Assembly (NCBI GenBank): GCA_001599295.1
Contig: BCGN01000006.1
Span: 620,001 to 684,000, forward strand
Origin: Sporopachydermia quercuum
Lineage: Eukaryota
Length of the DNA stretch: 64,000 nt
Reading direction: 5' to 3'
Of the stretch, positions 1-12,975 are shown one piece after another; positions within the stretch are counted from its first letter, which is position 1; each line of letters opens with the position of its first letter. The notes below the pieces were generated by a model. That model saw nothing but the letters and a program-made list of their open reading frames with translations. It did no database searches and was not told where the DNA came from. The position numbers were made by a program, and so were the translations under genes.

Positions 1-533
1 TCTTCTCCAGTATTGATTGTTATTCAGCCTTATCAACATTAAATGGCTAGTGCAAAAAATAAATCAAATTATATCGGTATTTGCCATTTGCTATCCGTTG
101 ATCAATTGCCAACAAAACTCTTCGCTTCCGTTCTCATTATCCCGAGTTCGCTATGCATCTCTAAACTCATTGAATAAATTGTAGGAAGAAATCGGAATGA
201 AAGACAGTAGAAAGCCGACTTTCGGTTCTCCTTCATAGGTTCTTTATTGCGAACCCTTTTTGACAGGACAATTACTCTTTAGTCTTGACTCCGGACAGGT
301 TAAAGTTGAAATTAGGTTAGAATGAACCAGGAGAGCTGAGAGGAGGAGCTATGGGACAGTAACGTCTCTGACTACATCAAATATTATGATTCTACATGAT
401 GAGAAGAAATATAATGAATGATAGAAACTGCCAAATTGATCCATTGAGTTTCTATCTGGGAGATGATGCTCATGATAGTTATGTTCAAGTTGGACATTGA
501 ATATCAAAGTTTCTGTAATAATGAAGCTATATT

Positions 534-2141
534 TCAATGTTGGAATTTCACTATGATCCGTAGTGCCAATGGTAAAGAGGAATCCGTTATAACAATTTCT
601 TCACCATCATGAACCAAATCACCCAATCTTTTATTCAAATTGGGCCTAGTTACTCCTTCCAACTGAGGAGGGGCCCTCACATAGATACTTTTAGTGGCTG
701 TCCTTAGAGAAGGAGATTGCATAGATCTGTCGATATGGCGTTAGTTTCAACTTTTAAGAATTATACTGTAGAAAAAAAGTAATAAAAATACCTCCAGCAC
801 TTACGTTTCTTGTTTCAACGATAGATCTTCTATGAACTCTTGTAAAATCAAATCTGGGGAAACTATCACTGATTTGGCCAAGCTTCCACACACTGGACAG
901 TCCTCTTTTTTCATGTACTCGAACGTGTAAGTAAAAATGGATTCATTGCCAGAATACATCATATAGTTATTCAGATATGGGTTACATGATGTAGCTATTT
1001 TGAATGCTTCATTGCAACATGATGCAGCAATTATAGCATTTGTAGATGCAATAGAAGGAATAATGTTTTTCACAACTCCCATTGTTAAAGAATATGTAAC
1101 ACCTAATATGCCAAACTCTTCAGCTCTCGCTTTCGACCTTTCATAAAGCCATTTTAGATGATTTGGATTATCTGTGTCTAGCTTTTTATCTACAGTAAGT
1201 AAGTTAGAAATGTTGTTGATATAATCTCAATATGATATCAGAAAATACACTTTATATCAAACATAACTTACCTTTGAAAACTTTGGGCCATTCAATCATA
1301 CTAGCCCATTCTATACAATGCTCTGGAAGTCTAGGAGTATTGGCTATCGTACAAATTGGGAATGTTTCTTTGTTTCCTAACATCTCTAGTGAGCATTCAT
1401 AACATGAAGTAACTGTAGGTATAATGACTCTTGATTGACCTTTGAATCCTTCGGTTCCGCCATCAATAAGAATGGTCAAAGATGACGGATCCTCACTATC
1501 AACCATATTAACTAATGTGGCACTTATCCATCTTCTTGCCTCAACAGAGTCCAGTCCACATACGATTATGCTGAATGATTTATAGAAATCATAGTCCATT
1601 TCTTGAATTCTTTTAAAATGAGGGGTAATCTTCACTTTGTTATTGAACCTTTTCATAATGAAATTAGCAGCCGTCACGGCTTTTGATTGACCAATATCAC
1701 TCTCACGAAAAAGAAACTGTCGATTGAGATTTGATATATCTATGGTATCCATATCAATCACATGAATATCTTGAAAACCAGAAAGAACAAGGTCTTTTAG
1801 AATCTCGCATCCTAATCCCCCAGCACCAATAGCACTAAAATGTTTCGTATATGTTAGGAATAGACTCCAAGCAATTGATAAGTTTTGACAACAACACCTG
1901 CCAGATGTACATGGCACTTACAGGATTTTCAAGGATGACAGAAAGTCTTTCACCGAATCACCGGGAATGAACGTTTCGTCTGTAAATGGACCATTTGTAT
2001 ACATAAAAGGCTTTAATGCTGGATAACTAAATTTAATTGTTAGCAAACTAGTATATAATGCAACTAGTGTACTCTATTATTTATACTTGTCATCAGCTCT
2101 AACACCGACATCTCATCTCATTCATACCTTCGAGTGCTCAT
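534..2141 (-). CDS. UBA3: NEDD8/Rub1-activating enzyme E1 catalytic subunit, 5 exons
   Basis: [25 protein letters not shown] and catalytic [19 protein letters not shown] motifs. Spliced start [12 protein letters not shown]...KILAIGAGG with ATG at 2141. Donors GTATGA (2127) and three GTAAGT, each with a CTAAC branch and YAG acceptor that keeps the frame. Confidence 0.93.
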
Positions 2142-4519
2142 GGTGATTTTATGCTTTATCTGTCGTCCCAAGCATTAAACAAATATACAATGCGCTTTGT
2201 ATTTTAATCTGTTTATATAATTCCAAAGCTACAATTATTTGATAGAATTACTGTTCATGATTACTAGGTATCGTGGGCAACTAACATGAACCAATACTAA
2301 GAGTAGATAGATATTACAATTAGGGTCATTGTGGAGAAAGATACATTTGTCAAAAGGAGACCTGATGTTAGAAAACCAAACCGGAAATCATACCAAGTTG
2401 GATTCTAAGGTGGCCACAAAAGGGAAAAATACATTATTCTGAAGTATAGAATCAGTATAAAGATAGGGTTTCAAACAATCAGTTGATTTGTTTGATTCCT
2501 AGGGTTTTGCGGCGACATTTGACTTTTATAATATGGAAGCATTGCACTCAAATGTAAGTTTAGAAGGAAGTTTGACTATGGTTAGGATGCTAGTCTATGG
2601 CACATTTTAACTTTACAACCCGATCGACTCATATAGTGTAATCACAGGTTAGTGAACCAATTTGGAGCAGCTACGATTGGATGAAATAAACCCTTNACTA
2701 AAAAACGTTTTTTATTATTTTGAATACCTATCAAATCATCAAAAACCCAATAGCAAACTTTTTCGCAAGGATGTAAAAGGTGGACGCTTAGTAAGGTTTA
2801 GTACAACCACTATTAACCACTAGAACACCCTTAAATTAGCCTTATACCCCTTTACTAAATAGGTACTTCATTAGGCGAACTTAAAAAACAAGAGTATAAT
2901 ATAGCAAAACTTTAACTTAACTGGAAAACATTTCAGTACCAGATCTGAAAGGAAAACCTACAATACTGGTAGCTAAATTATGAAACAGCAGCACAGGGCA
3001 GTTTAATTGAAATTTAAGATATTCAACAATTAAGTACACTCTAAATTTTGAGTAAATAGCTAGTCCCTTCCTTTTTTGTCATCTCAATTGATTTAAGGTT
3101 AAAGCTAACCGAGGTAAAGCTTTTACAACTTGATTAAAGTTGACAGTGAGGCGCAATTTATCTACTTGATCACAGAATTTTCATTCCAAAACCCGTTACA
3201 CTAGTTCGGGATTATGGTAGTTACGGAATTTAACAACGATCGGGGCTACTAGGATATTTTTACTTATTCTAGAATTTGCTGAAGCTCATTCAGTTTTTCC
3301 TTCAGTGGAAATTGTTAAGATTGGGTGGTCAATTATTATCCTCTTAAGATGAAGCTGAAAAAAAGGTAAAGGACTCACTCTATTTATTTCACATATATTA
3401 GATAATTGGCTTTGAAGAGGAACAATCCCAAATGTAATTCTTAATTCAAATCAACTGATGGAGAAACTTGTTTCTTTGTCACAGCTACTTAACTCACTTT
3501 TTGCTTTTGTTTCTTTTCACATGGATCTTTACGAAAATAATACTCCATACTAAATCGACTTCATTGGTAGACTATCATTTGCCGTACAATAATTTTCGTT
3601 TTCACAAAAGCAGTAATAAATCAAAGTCATAGTGTCAACTTTGATTTTCCTGAAATTTTCCCAGGCATGATGGATCATCGGTTGATAATTGATTATTTTC
3701 TTTATGAATGAAGAAGGAAAACGAGATAGAATCCCGTACCTAGTTCTTAGTGATTTATAATCGGTTATATACCTTCACATTTTCCTTCACGTTCTCACAA
3801 TGTGAGAGCCTCCATTGATTGTATGATATTAGAGCACTACACAAAGATTGAGAATCAGAACAACAATTTTTACTTGAAGGTTTCGACGCGTAATCATAGC
3901 GCAATTTGAATTACCTGCTAACTCGGAACAGGGGTGAAAATATAAAGTTGTCTGAACTGTGTGTCAAAAGCTTATGTTGAATAAGAATAAGCTTATTAGC
4001 TAAAATAAAACTTAACTTCCTAAGGTACAAACGTTAGATATTGGCTTAAGAACATTTGACTAATAAACACTTGTAACAAAACCTCTAAATAATTGAACGA
4101 CAAAACATAAAACCTAACAGGAGTCAAAATTGGTCGATGAAATTTCTTCTTTTCACGGTTATGATTATTAGCTTGTACCAACAGAACGAAACATTAAAGC
4201 AGTAATCTCTCCCAGATATCTGAAATGAAAAGGGGGTTTCAATTGTTCAACTTAGTTAACTTCCAGTTCTATACTTTCACGCCATACTCTTTTGAAATCT
4301 CAAGACACTGAATTTATAGCAGCCCAATAAGCATGTGAAATGAATATCAGCGGAGGAGACTCCGAGTAATATATTGAATATAAGATAGGAAGTTTGAGCC
4401 CCGAATCAAAGAACCAATAGTTGAAAAGAATCGTAATAGTATGCAAGTCCCTCAATTCAAACAAAGAATAAATTTGATAATTGTAGTATTTTTCCTTTTA
4501 CTAATCAGTATGTTGCCTT

Positions 4520-4606
4520 TTTGCTCGATGTTACCGAGTGTTTCATCTCAACAATAGAATGCTTAACTATATGAATACTAAATCAGTGATATAACGTTTT
4601 TGCTCT
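4520..4606 (+). promoter_or_regulatory. Two Mac1-like copper-response elements (TTTGCTCG 4520-4527, TTTGCTCT 4599-4606) upstream of the reductase
   Basis: One exact match and one near match to the yeast CuRE TTTGC(T/G)C(A/G), 560-650 bp upstream of a FRE gene. Confidence 0.35.
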
Positions 4607-5169
4607 ACATATCGAAAATTATGAGTATTTTTCACTTCCCTCATTGGTTGTTTGAACCTTCATGAAAGTCGATGATGAATTTAGGTGGGGCTTTGGCTGG
4701 AACCATTTTAACTTTGAATTTCAGATTGAAAATAGATCAATCAGATAATTCGAAAGTCTTGATCAGCTTTAAGTTGAACTCTAAATGGCTCTACTATATG
4801 TGTTCCATATATAACTTAAATACTTTTGAGTATTAACGTTTAATAACCTTAATTTAACTTAAAGTACTTTGACATCAATGAACAAAAAAGAAACAAAATC
4901 ATCAGGCAAATAGTTATAATTTGCGATTGAAAGGATATATAACAATGTGCTGATTGGTATAAATTTATTGGTCAAACAGTGCTAACGGTAGTCCTACAAA
5001 TACGTATATAAGAAGAGATTGTTCCGTTTTCAAAGAAAAAACAAAAANAATTCCAATGATTATTATTAATGTTTAAAGAATGATTTTCTTGGTTATATTA
5101 TAGTACAATAGGAAAATGATATCTTCCAGTATCATCAACCAATTGATATAGAACCAATTGCATTTAACA

Positions 5170-7311
5170 ATGGCACAGATAAGAACTTTATGTTTTGTCA
5201 TACTAAGCATCTGCGCTAGGTTGGTTGCAGGGTTTGATGCTACACCAGCTCAAATCGTAATCGATGCATGTGATACAATGCCGTACGTTTTCTGCGATCC
5301 TCTTGAGGTGCCATCATATTATTGCACTTGTGTAAATCCAACAAGGTTGTCTTCAGTCTTACTTTGTGGAATAACTTATGGACAGCAATCTAAGTTTGCA
5401 GAGATGGTTCAAGAAGTTATTGAAACATGCTCATATTACAATTTCACTCTACCTGAAGACATAGATTACTACGAGAAGTTAGCTCAAAACGCAAGTATAT
5501 ATGCAATTAATCCTGAAGAGGATCCAACTTTTAATGAAACTGCAATTCAAGACTTACCGGTTATTTACCCTAAAGATTTATACTTACCAAATTGGATCTC
5601 AGAAAATAACTACTACGTTAACATTCATCATTCTAACTATTTTGGTGGTGCTATTGTTGCTTATTGGCTATTAGTTATTCTAATTGCTGCAGTTTTTAAC
5701 TTTGGTCATAATTATATTAGGGGCTTTAAGGAAATGTTGGCAGGACCAGCAGTGAATACTTTTAGGAAATGGTTTGTTTTACCCGCAACTTTTGGCCAAA
5801 AGCATCAAACTGGTTACAGCTATTTCAAATTCATTTCTGGTCTCATCCCAACAAGAGCTCAAACATATATTCTTGGAGGTTACTTTATTCTGAATATTAT
5901 NTTGTCAATGGTTGGTTATAATCTTCTAGACTCAGAAGTGCTTTTCGATAGTCGTAAATTAGCTCTCACTAGATTTATTGCTGATAGAACAGGTATCATT
6001 TCAATTATTCAAGTGCCGGCATTGGTCATATTTGCCTCAAGAAACAATATTTTCATGTGGCTCACTAACTGGGATTTTGAAGTATTTATGGTNTATCATA
6101 GATGGATAGCTAGAATGATGTATATTCAAGCATTTGCTCATTCTGTTGCTTGGACACGATATGGTACATATTATGGCTCCTTGGCCTTATATTGGGAAGA
6201 TAACTATTGGATCTGGGGTGGAGTTGCAACCATTCTTGGTGGTATTATTTTATTCCAAGCCTTGAAATACTTTAGAGATAGATGCTACGAATTCTTCAGA
6301 GTGTTTCATATCATACTAGTTATTTTCTTCCTCATTGGATGTTGGTGGCATTTGATAGAATTAGGATGGATGGAATACCTTTACGCTAGTATTGCAATTT
6401 GGGCCTTCGATTGGTTTGTCAGAGTATTAAGGGTTATTTGGTTTGGTGTTGCCAAACAAGCGGAATTTGAACTTGTAAATGATTCAATTAGATTTGTTGT
6501 CGACAAGCCATCATCGTGGAAATCTTACCCTGGCTCTTATGCCTATATTTACGTTTTAGCATTTTGGAGATATCATGAATCGCACCCATTTACGGTCATG
6601 CCTTGTGCCGACGATCCTACCAAGTTGTTATTCATCGTGAAAGTGAAAAAAGGAATTACAAAGAGAATAGCCAAGCATTTAATCAAACAAGTTGGTTATA
6701 AAGCTACAATAAGAGTTTGGGTCGAAGGACCATATGGACCGAAGAGTGAAATTGAGAAATACAAGAACACATTGTGTATTACTGGTGGTAATGGTTTCCC
6801 AGTGCAGCTCTCCAACATTGCTAAATTAAGAGAAGCAAAAGAAGAAAAAACTCATTATGAAGCTGTGCATGTCATACGGGACCTGAAATTTTTGGACTGT
6901 GCTGAAAAAGAATTTCAAACTATTTCAAACTTTGCAAGTACTACGATTTACTGCACACAAGGATTCATAAATGGTTCTGACGGAGAGAACGACAAACAAA
7001 ACAATGAAACTAATGAAAATAATGATACAACAAAGGAAGTTGGAGCAGAAGAATCAACAAGTAGTGTTTCTTCAAACAACTCGTATGATTTAGAATTTTG
7101 GCAGAAAAGACTACCAAATGTTCAATTCAAGTCTGNAAGACCAAACATTGATGAAATTATCTCCGAAAAAATTAAGGATCTTAATGGATCTTTAGCAGTT
7201 GTCAGCTGTGGACCAGCTCAAATGAATGATGACGTTCGTAGATGTGTAGCAGCACATCTCAACGATACAACATATAGGATTGATTTGATTGAAGAATCAA
7301 AAGTCTGGTGA
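5170..7311 (+). CDS. Ferric/cupric reductase transmembrane component (FRE/CFL family)
   Basis: Signal peptide and Cys-rich N-terminus, ADRTG, heme His motifs (YHRWIAR, FHIIL), FAD motif HPFT, NADPH motifs EGPYG, GGNG and CGP. First ATG at 5170. Confidence 0.92.
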   Translation: MAQIRTLCFVILSICARLVAGFDATPAQIVIDACDTMPYVFCDPLEVPSYYCTCVNPTRLSSVLLCGITYGQQSKFAEMVQEVIETCSYYNFTLPEDIDYYEKLAQNASIYAINPEEDPTFNETAIQDLPVIYPKDLYLPNWISENNYYVNIHHSNYFGGAIVAYWLLVILIAAVFNFGHNYIRGFKEMLAGPAVNTFRKWFVLPATFGQKHQTGYSYFKFISGLIPTRAQTYILGGYFILNIXLSMVGYNLLDSEVLFDSRKLALTRFIADRTGIISIIQVPALVIFASRNNIFMWLTNWDFEVFMXYHRWIARMMYIQAFAHSVAWTRYGTYYGSLALYWEDNYWIWGGVATILGGIILFQALKYFRDRCYEFFRVFHIILVIFFLIGCWWHLIELGWMEYLYASIAIWAFDWFVRVLRVIWFGVAKQAEFELVNDSIRFVVDKPSSWKSYPGSYAYIYVLAFWRYHESHPFTVMPCADDPTKLLFIVKVKKGITKRIAKHLIKQVGYKATIRVWVEGPYGPKSEIEKYKNTLCITGGNGFPVQLSNIAKLREAKEEKTHYEAVHVIRDLKFLDCAEKEFQTISNFASTTIYCTQGFINGSDGENDKQNNETNENNDTTKEVGAEESTSSVSSNNSYDLEFWQKRLPNVQFKSXRPNIDEIISEKIKDLNGSLAVVSCGPAQMNDDVRRCVAAHLNDTTYRIDLIEESKVW

Positions 7312-7782
7312 AAGAGGGAAAATTTTATTTTTATTTTAGATTATGGAAAGTGTATATATAATATAATATTTATTTATTTATTTTTTTAATTTCTGTTTGC
7401 TCTTAACTTGATTCCGACTTTAAGGTTATGACTGAAGGACTAATTTTTTTTATTTTGACAAAGTTCAATATTAGTGGAAATCGTATATTAAGTTCAATTG
7501 CCAAAGTTGGATTGATTTCAATTGGCTAGAACCTCAACTGCACCCTGAAATTCTCTGGGCAATATTCGGTCAACATAAAATCTCGTCTTGCAGGTAGNAT
7601 AATTGGCATGAGATCCGATGGTGTTTTCANTGCTATTTTTTTAATACTTTATTTCTTCCATCGAATTGTGATAGCAAGTATTTCCTTAGCAACAACGGGA
7701 GGTCCCAAAGCAAAAATCAACCTTACTTATGACCAGCGAATTATTAATTGTCCTATTATACACTTATTTAAATCCACTCAGT

Positions 7783-9171
7783 ATGCTGCTAAAAAACGCA
7801 AGCTCTTGGTTTTCTAATGAAAAAAATGCTTATATTATAGAGCTTACCCAAACAAATCATGGATTAGTATCTCTATCGTCAAGCAATACGATAATCTTAC
7901 ATAACTACGAGACGTTGAAGCCTTTGAAGTATATTGAGCATGCACGTNATAATAAAGATACTACAGTGACAAGTATACGGAAAATTGATAATCATGTGTT
8001 TGCCAGTAGTGGAGGAAATGAAATCAGACTATGGGACATGAGAACTGACATGCAGCAGCCATGTGAGAAAGTCTCCATAGATTTTGACCCCAAAAGCAAG
8101 CATAACTTCCTTTGCTTCGACTACTATAATCAGTATATTGCCGGAGGNACCGATCTTGTTGGAGTTGATGCTGAAGTGCATATTTGGGATTTAAGACGAG
8201 TGAAGCCAGGGAAAGCATTCCGATCTTTCATTGATTGTCATCATGACGATGTTACCATATTGCAATTTAGCTCATGGAATTATGGCACTGGAAATGGGAC
8301 TTCTGAAGATATGAATTTATTATTATCAGGTTCAGTTGATGGACTTATCAATATATACGATGCCAATATTGAAGAGGAGGAGGATTCCCTCAAACAAGTT
8401 GTTAATCACAATGCTTCAATTCATTCAGCTGGTTTCCTTGCAAAAGATAGAGTGTTTGGTTTATCTCATATGGAAACATTTAGTTTATATCAAGTTAATA
8501 ATTTTGATTTAGAGGAATCAATCGAGCCCAAACCAACAGATATAGGTGATGTACGTAAAATATGGGATTGTGAGTATGTTGTTGAGTTGTATACAAACCA
8601 GGGTAGTGGATTCTGTGCTGTGGGCAGCAATTCTACTGCGACTTGCAAGCTATATCCGTTTGCTAGTGAGAATGTTGTACTAGAAGAAAATTCATATTTC
8701 AGTTTGGCGGGTGCTCATGGGGAAGAAGTTGTCAGAAGTATTAGTTTTGATTGGAGGAACAATAGTAGAAACAAGACAGTTTACTCTGGTGGTGAGGATG
8801 GATTTATAAGGACGTGGACGGTCTCGGATGAGCAGATTGGCAGCTTCCTTGATAAATTGCATACACTGAATATTGAAAACACTGAACTTGCATCTAAAGA
8901 GGCTATGGATGTTGATGCAGAGGAAGTTGAAGCCGAAAAGGAAGTAGAGGAGGGAGATGATAGTGATCAGGTCGACGAGAGTGAATCTGATGCTAAAGCT
9001 CAGCTAGAAGTGAATTTACAAGATGAGGCCCATCAACAAAGAAAACTGAAGCACCGTCATAAGAACAAACACAAGGAGAAAAAGAGGAAAAACAAGGAAA
9101 GAAAGATCAACAAGGATAATCCCCTAATGAAGATGAAAGGCGATAGGAAGAAAGGATTTTCTCCATATTAA
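7783..9171 (+). CDS. WD40-repeat protein (WDR89/YNL035C-like)
   Basis: WD/WDLR repeats, HHDDVT, LLSGSVDGLINIYD, SHMETF, GAHGEEVVR, SGGEDG. Acidic then Lys-rich tail. Start ATG is 7783 or 7729. Confidence 0.8.
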   Translation: MLLKNASSWFSNEKNAYIIELTQTNHGLVSLSSSNTIILHNYETLKPLKYIEHARXNKDTTVTSIRKIDNHVFASSGGNEIRLWDMRTDMQQPCEKVSIDFDPKSKHNFLCFDYYNQYIAGXTDLVGVDAEVHIWDLRRVKPGKAFRSFIDCHHDDVTILQFSSWNYGTGNGTSEDMNLLLSGSVDGLINIYDANIEEEEDSLKQVVNHNASIHSAGFLAKDRVFGLSHMETFSLYQVNNFDLEESIEPKPTDIGDVRKIWDCEYVVELYTNQGSGFCAVGSNSTATCKLYPFASENVVLEENSYFSLAGAHGEEVVRSISFDWRNNSRNKTVYSGGEDGFIRTWTVSDEQIGSFLDKLHTLNIENTELASKEAMDVDAEEVEAEKEVEEGDDSDQVDESESDAKAQLEVNLQDEAHQQRKLKHRHKNKHKEKKRKNKERKINKDNPLMKMKGDRKKGFSPY

Positions 9172-10225
9172 AGGATGGACATCTAGGCATAAGAAATAGT
9201 GATAGAGATAGATATAGAGAGACTGTGACATAGTAGTTATTATGTCGTTTGTCCAAGGATGTAATATAATGAGGAAAATATCCTAAATATTCAAGTTAGA
9301 AGATATTTACTGGTAAAAGTAGAGTTGAAAGACAATTGAAAAAACTATTCTTGAAAATGTTACCAGTAGTCATATCACGTCTCACTTCATAAACAATATC
9401 TCATTACAGGACAAATTCTCTATATTGCATTACAAGTAGCAATAGAACCCAAAACTTATACCAACTATGCTAATGAAGACCTGTGAAGTTATTATATTGT
9501 TTTTTATAATCTAGATTTTACATATTAACCGTCAAACATTATGTCACTTCTTACTCCCAAATACTTTTTTCTTGCTCTCTTTTCTCTTTCTTTCAAGCCT
9601 TACTTTACATATCTGCATGCCAGTCTCAAGGCTTACCCCTTATTAAGTCCAATAACAAGTCCATAGCATCTCATTACATCAAAACTCATATTAACCCAAT
9701 TTCATATCCCTGTACTGTCTCTATTGTTGATTATCTAACAACTACTACTATTCTATCTATAGAATCAGTAAACAGAAGTTTACAAGACAATCCATCTATC
9801 AAATTACCAAGTAACTTGACCAAGATCCAATTCACCTGGAGCTGTGCAATATACAGTGATTCAATTAGACGGATCAACCAGTTGTAATAACGTGTTTGGC
9901 ATTTGGCATTTGGTTGCTTGCATGCTTGCATTGTTACTAATACTTTCTGTTCATTCTCCCTTGGTGACCCTGCCAAGAAAGAGATCCTGCTGGATGAAAG
10001 TGTGTCATTTTTAACCTATCAGTGAATTGCAATTGATTAATATTTGCATAGTGTCAATAGCTGATCTGTAAGGGAAAAAAGTAATTAACCCAACTGCGGT
10101 ATTTGTATTGTATCACCAATACCAATCCTATAAACACTATTCTTAGTCACACACTAGACTTTGCTATAAAAGTTTCTACAATAGAGCGCTTTTGAAGCTG
10201 CCGAAAGACCACATAAGCCAGCCTA

Positions 10226-12739
10226 ATGACACCACCGCCTGACGCTTATACTCCTGGCACAGTTCTCACTGTGGGAACGCATAAAGCGGTTATAAAACAC
10301 TATTTAGCNTCTGGAGGCTTTGCTCACGTCTATGTAGTAGAAATAACTCCCCCGAACCATGGTGTATCTGTTGCCTGTTTAAAAAGAGTAGCAGTGCCGG
10401 ATAAACCTAGCTTGAATCTTCTACGGAAAGAAGTAGAGTCTATGAAGCTTTTGAAAGGCTCTCGTTATGTGGTAGANTATATTGACTCTCATGCTGCTCG
10501 TATGAGCAATAATATAAACTATGAAGTTTTCGTGCTGATGGAATATTGCTCAAAGTCTTCTCTCATCAATTTTATGAACACCAGANTGCAATACAAGCTT
10601 TCTGAATCCGAAGTTATTCAGATTATGTTTGATATCAGTCAAGCCGTAGCTTCTATGCATTATATGACGCCTCCTTTGATTCATCGTGATCTCAAGATTG
10701 AAAATGTCCTTATTGCTGGTGATGGGACATACAAATTATGTGATTTTGGTTCCACATCTTACCCATTTCCTGTACCAAGAAACGCTCAAGAATTTGGTTT
10801 CCTTCAAGATGATATTATGCGCTATACTACTAAACAGTATAGAGCTCCTGAAATGGTTGATCTATATCGCGGATTCCCTATCGACGAAAAATCAGATATA
10901 TGGGCGTTAGGTGTGTTTCTATATAAAGTGTGTTACTTCATAACTCCATTTGAAACTCAAGGTGATTTGGCTATTCTTCACTCTTCATTCTCATTTCCCA
11001 AAACCCCAGCTTTCTCATCTAAGCTGAAAAACCTTATATGCTTATTGCTGCTCCAAGATCCTCGACAGAGGCCTAACATTTATGATGTTGTAGAAGAAGT
11101 GTCAGCTATGAAACATGTGCCTGTTCCCATTGAAAACATATACGTTGCAAAAAACTCTACGCAGAGAATATCCACCAAAACTGAAACATCTCTGCCTCAG
11201 ACTACCTCCCAATTGAACATATCGCAATCACAAACTACTACTGGTGCTTTAACACCTATTCTGTCTCGAAGTCAGAATCACTCTCCTACTCAGCCAAGCT
11301 CCAGGAAAACGTCCAATTTGGATCTTTTAACCTTTCAAATGGAATCCGTTGTCCTTCAGGATGATGCTCCCCCTCCTCCACGAAGACCTCCTAAAGCTAC
11401 TCCTAAAACATCACAGGTTCCAAGACAGCCTCGTGAAGCTGAAGAGTATGAATTGCCTGTGCGCCCTGCAAGAAATAAACAACTAAACAGCAGTAAGAAA
11501 AGACCTACAAGCATGTATATTCCCAGAAGCACATCTCCTCTTGATGACGATTATTCTGATTATGATCCACGTGCTTTACAACGACTTGTCACGGGATTAT
11601 CTGCTACAGGATCGACTGTTGATTTGGACAATGAAGCAGTAACGATCAACTCAAATCTGGATTTCCTACGTACTCTTGACCAGAATGAAAATATACGTTC
11701 GACCAACCGGTCTGTTCACTTAACAGGAAATTCTATTAACAAACAGGATTATGTATCATCATGGGTCAGTGGTAATACTATGATGAACACCGAGCCTCAA
11801 ATAACTGGTTCCTCCACTCATAGTAAACGGTCTAGCATGTCTTCTATCAAGCATACATTCACTGGAGCATTCAAACGATCCTCATCACCTACGAGATCGT
11901 TTTCTGCGGAGGAGAAACAGTCGAACTCCAACTTTCAGTATAAGAATAGAAGCACCGATTCATTCAATAGAATCGGGAAACCAACACTTGAGCCCTATCA
12001 TGATTCTACACCTACCATAACAGACAGAGAAAGAGAAAAAGAACCGCATAAACGATCAAGTTCTATTCAGCGAAGAGTTCAGATGTTATTCAACCGTTCC
12101 GAAGCTCCTACTTCTACAAGAACCGCTTCTGGTTATGGCAAATATACTGATGATAAAGAGAGCATCAACAGTCATAGTAATAAATCCAGTAAGGGAGGAA
12201 ATATTTCATCCGCTGGTAGCACCAACACTACTAGTGTGCATACTGCTACATCTAGTGCAGCTGGAACAACCTTTTCACAGGCTAATAGTAATAAGATGAA
12301 ACCTCCAACTGCAACGGCCGTGAATAAGAAACCATTACTGCCTAACAGAGATGTTAATAAGACTCCTATCACTGTTTTGAAACACACTACTACAGAGCTT
12401 CTACATACACCAGAATTGCTAATTGGCAAGCTGACATCGGAACGGAGAAGCATTGCTGACAGTCCTGCTACAGAGACAACAGATACTGACAGCAGTAGTT
12501 TTTCTGTTACAGAAGCTCCTAGTACCCCAACGATCATTCGGCGAAAATCTTCTAAGCCTCCACCTCCAAGACCTAGTAAACCATTGCATTTGAAATCCCC
12601 TGCTAGGAATGGTAGTAGTTTTTCGGAGAAAGGAAGCAACTCGGCTGATGGTGAATCTATTCGTGATGATCGCAGTGATGTTGATGTGGATGAGATGCAG
12701 AGAAGGTTCAATGAAAAGTTTCCGTCGATCAAAACATAG
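10226..12739 (+). CDS. PRK1: Ark1/Prk1-family actin-regulating Ser/Thr kinase
   Basis: [44 protein letters not shown]. Ser/Pro-rich tail with a C-terminal PPPPRP motif. Confidence 0.9.
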   Translation: MTPPPDAYTPGTVLTVGTHKAVIKHYLXSGGFAHVYVVEITPPNHGVSVACLKRVAVPDKPSLNLLRKEVESMKLLKGSRYVVXYIDSHAARMSNNINYEVFVLMEYCSKSSLINFMNTRXQYKLSESEVIQIMFDISQAVASMHYMTPPLIHRDLKIENVLIAGDGTYKLCDFGSTSYPFPVPRNAQEFGFLQDDIMRYTTKQYRAPEMVDLYRGFPIDEKSDIWALGVFLYKVCYFITPFETQGDLAILHSSFSFPKTPAFSSKLKNLICLLLLQDPRQRPNIYDVVEEVSAMKHVPVPIENIYVAKNSTQRISTKTETSLPQTTSQLNISQSQTTTGALTPILSRSQNHSPTQPSSRKTSNLDLLTFQMESVVLQDDAPPPPRRPPKATPKTSQVPRQPREAEEYELPVRPARNKQLNSSKKRPTSMYIPRSTSPLDDDYSDYDPRALQRLVTGLSATGSTVDLDNEAVTINSNLDFLRTLDQNENIRSTNRSVHLTGNSINKQDYVSSWVSGNTMMNTEPQITGSSTHSKRSSMSSIKHTFTGAFKRSSSPTRSFSAEEKQSNSNFQYKNRSTDSFNRIGKPTLEPYHDSTPTITDREREKEPHKRSSSIQRRVQMLFNRSEAPTSTRTASGYGKYTDDKESINSHSNKSSKGGNISSAGSTNTTSVHTATSSAAGTTFSQANSNKMKPPTATAVNKKPLLPNRDVNKTPITVLKHTTTELLHTPELLIGKLTSERRSIADSPATETTDTDSSSFSVTEAPSTPTIIRRKSSKPPPPRPSKPLHLKSPARNGSSFSEKGSNSADGESIRDDRSDVDVDEMQRRFNEKFPSIKT

Positions 12740-12975
12740 AGAAACACGAAGAGTAAAAGTTAAGGATTTACAAGTAAGGAAAACATAACAGGTTTAGGAT
12801 AGTCATTATTAAATAGAATAATAATTAAGGATCAGTCCAATCCTTGGTTGATGATATATAAAAATACAAAGAAAGCATTTAACATAAATTTGAAATGGTG
12901 ATTAGTTTTTTCTCTTCTTCTAGTCTTTTAGTTGCAAGAGCAAACAAGCAAGCAGATGAACGAACAGCAGTGCCA

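Noticed and set aside
2362..2393. GTATGA..TTCTAAC..CAG mini-intron on the minus strand
   Set aside because: Only ~32 nt, too short, and outside any supported gene.
10535..10537. Alternative yeast CUG code (Ser or Ala)
   Set aside because: CTG falls at conserved Leu positions in the kinase (VLMEY), cyclin C (FYLIEE, SYLIV) and Ksh1 (LLLVILL), supporting the standard code.
12172..12747. 191-aa antisense ORF and the other short ORFs overlapping large genes
   Set aside because: Shadow frames of real CDSs with no recognisable motifs.
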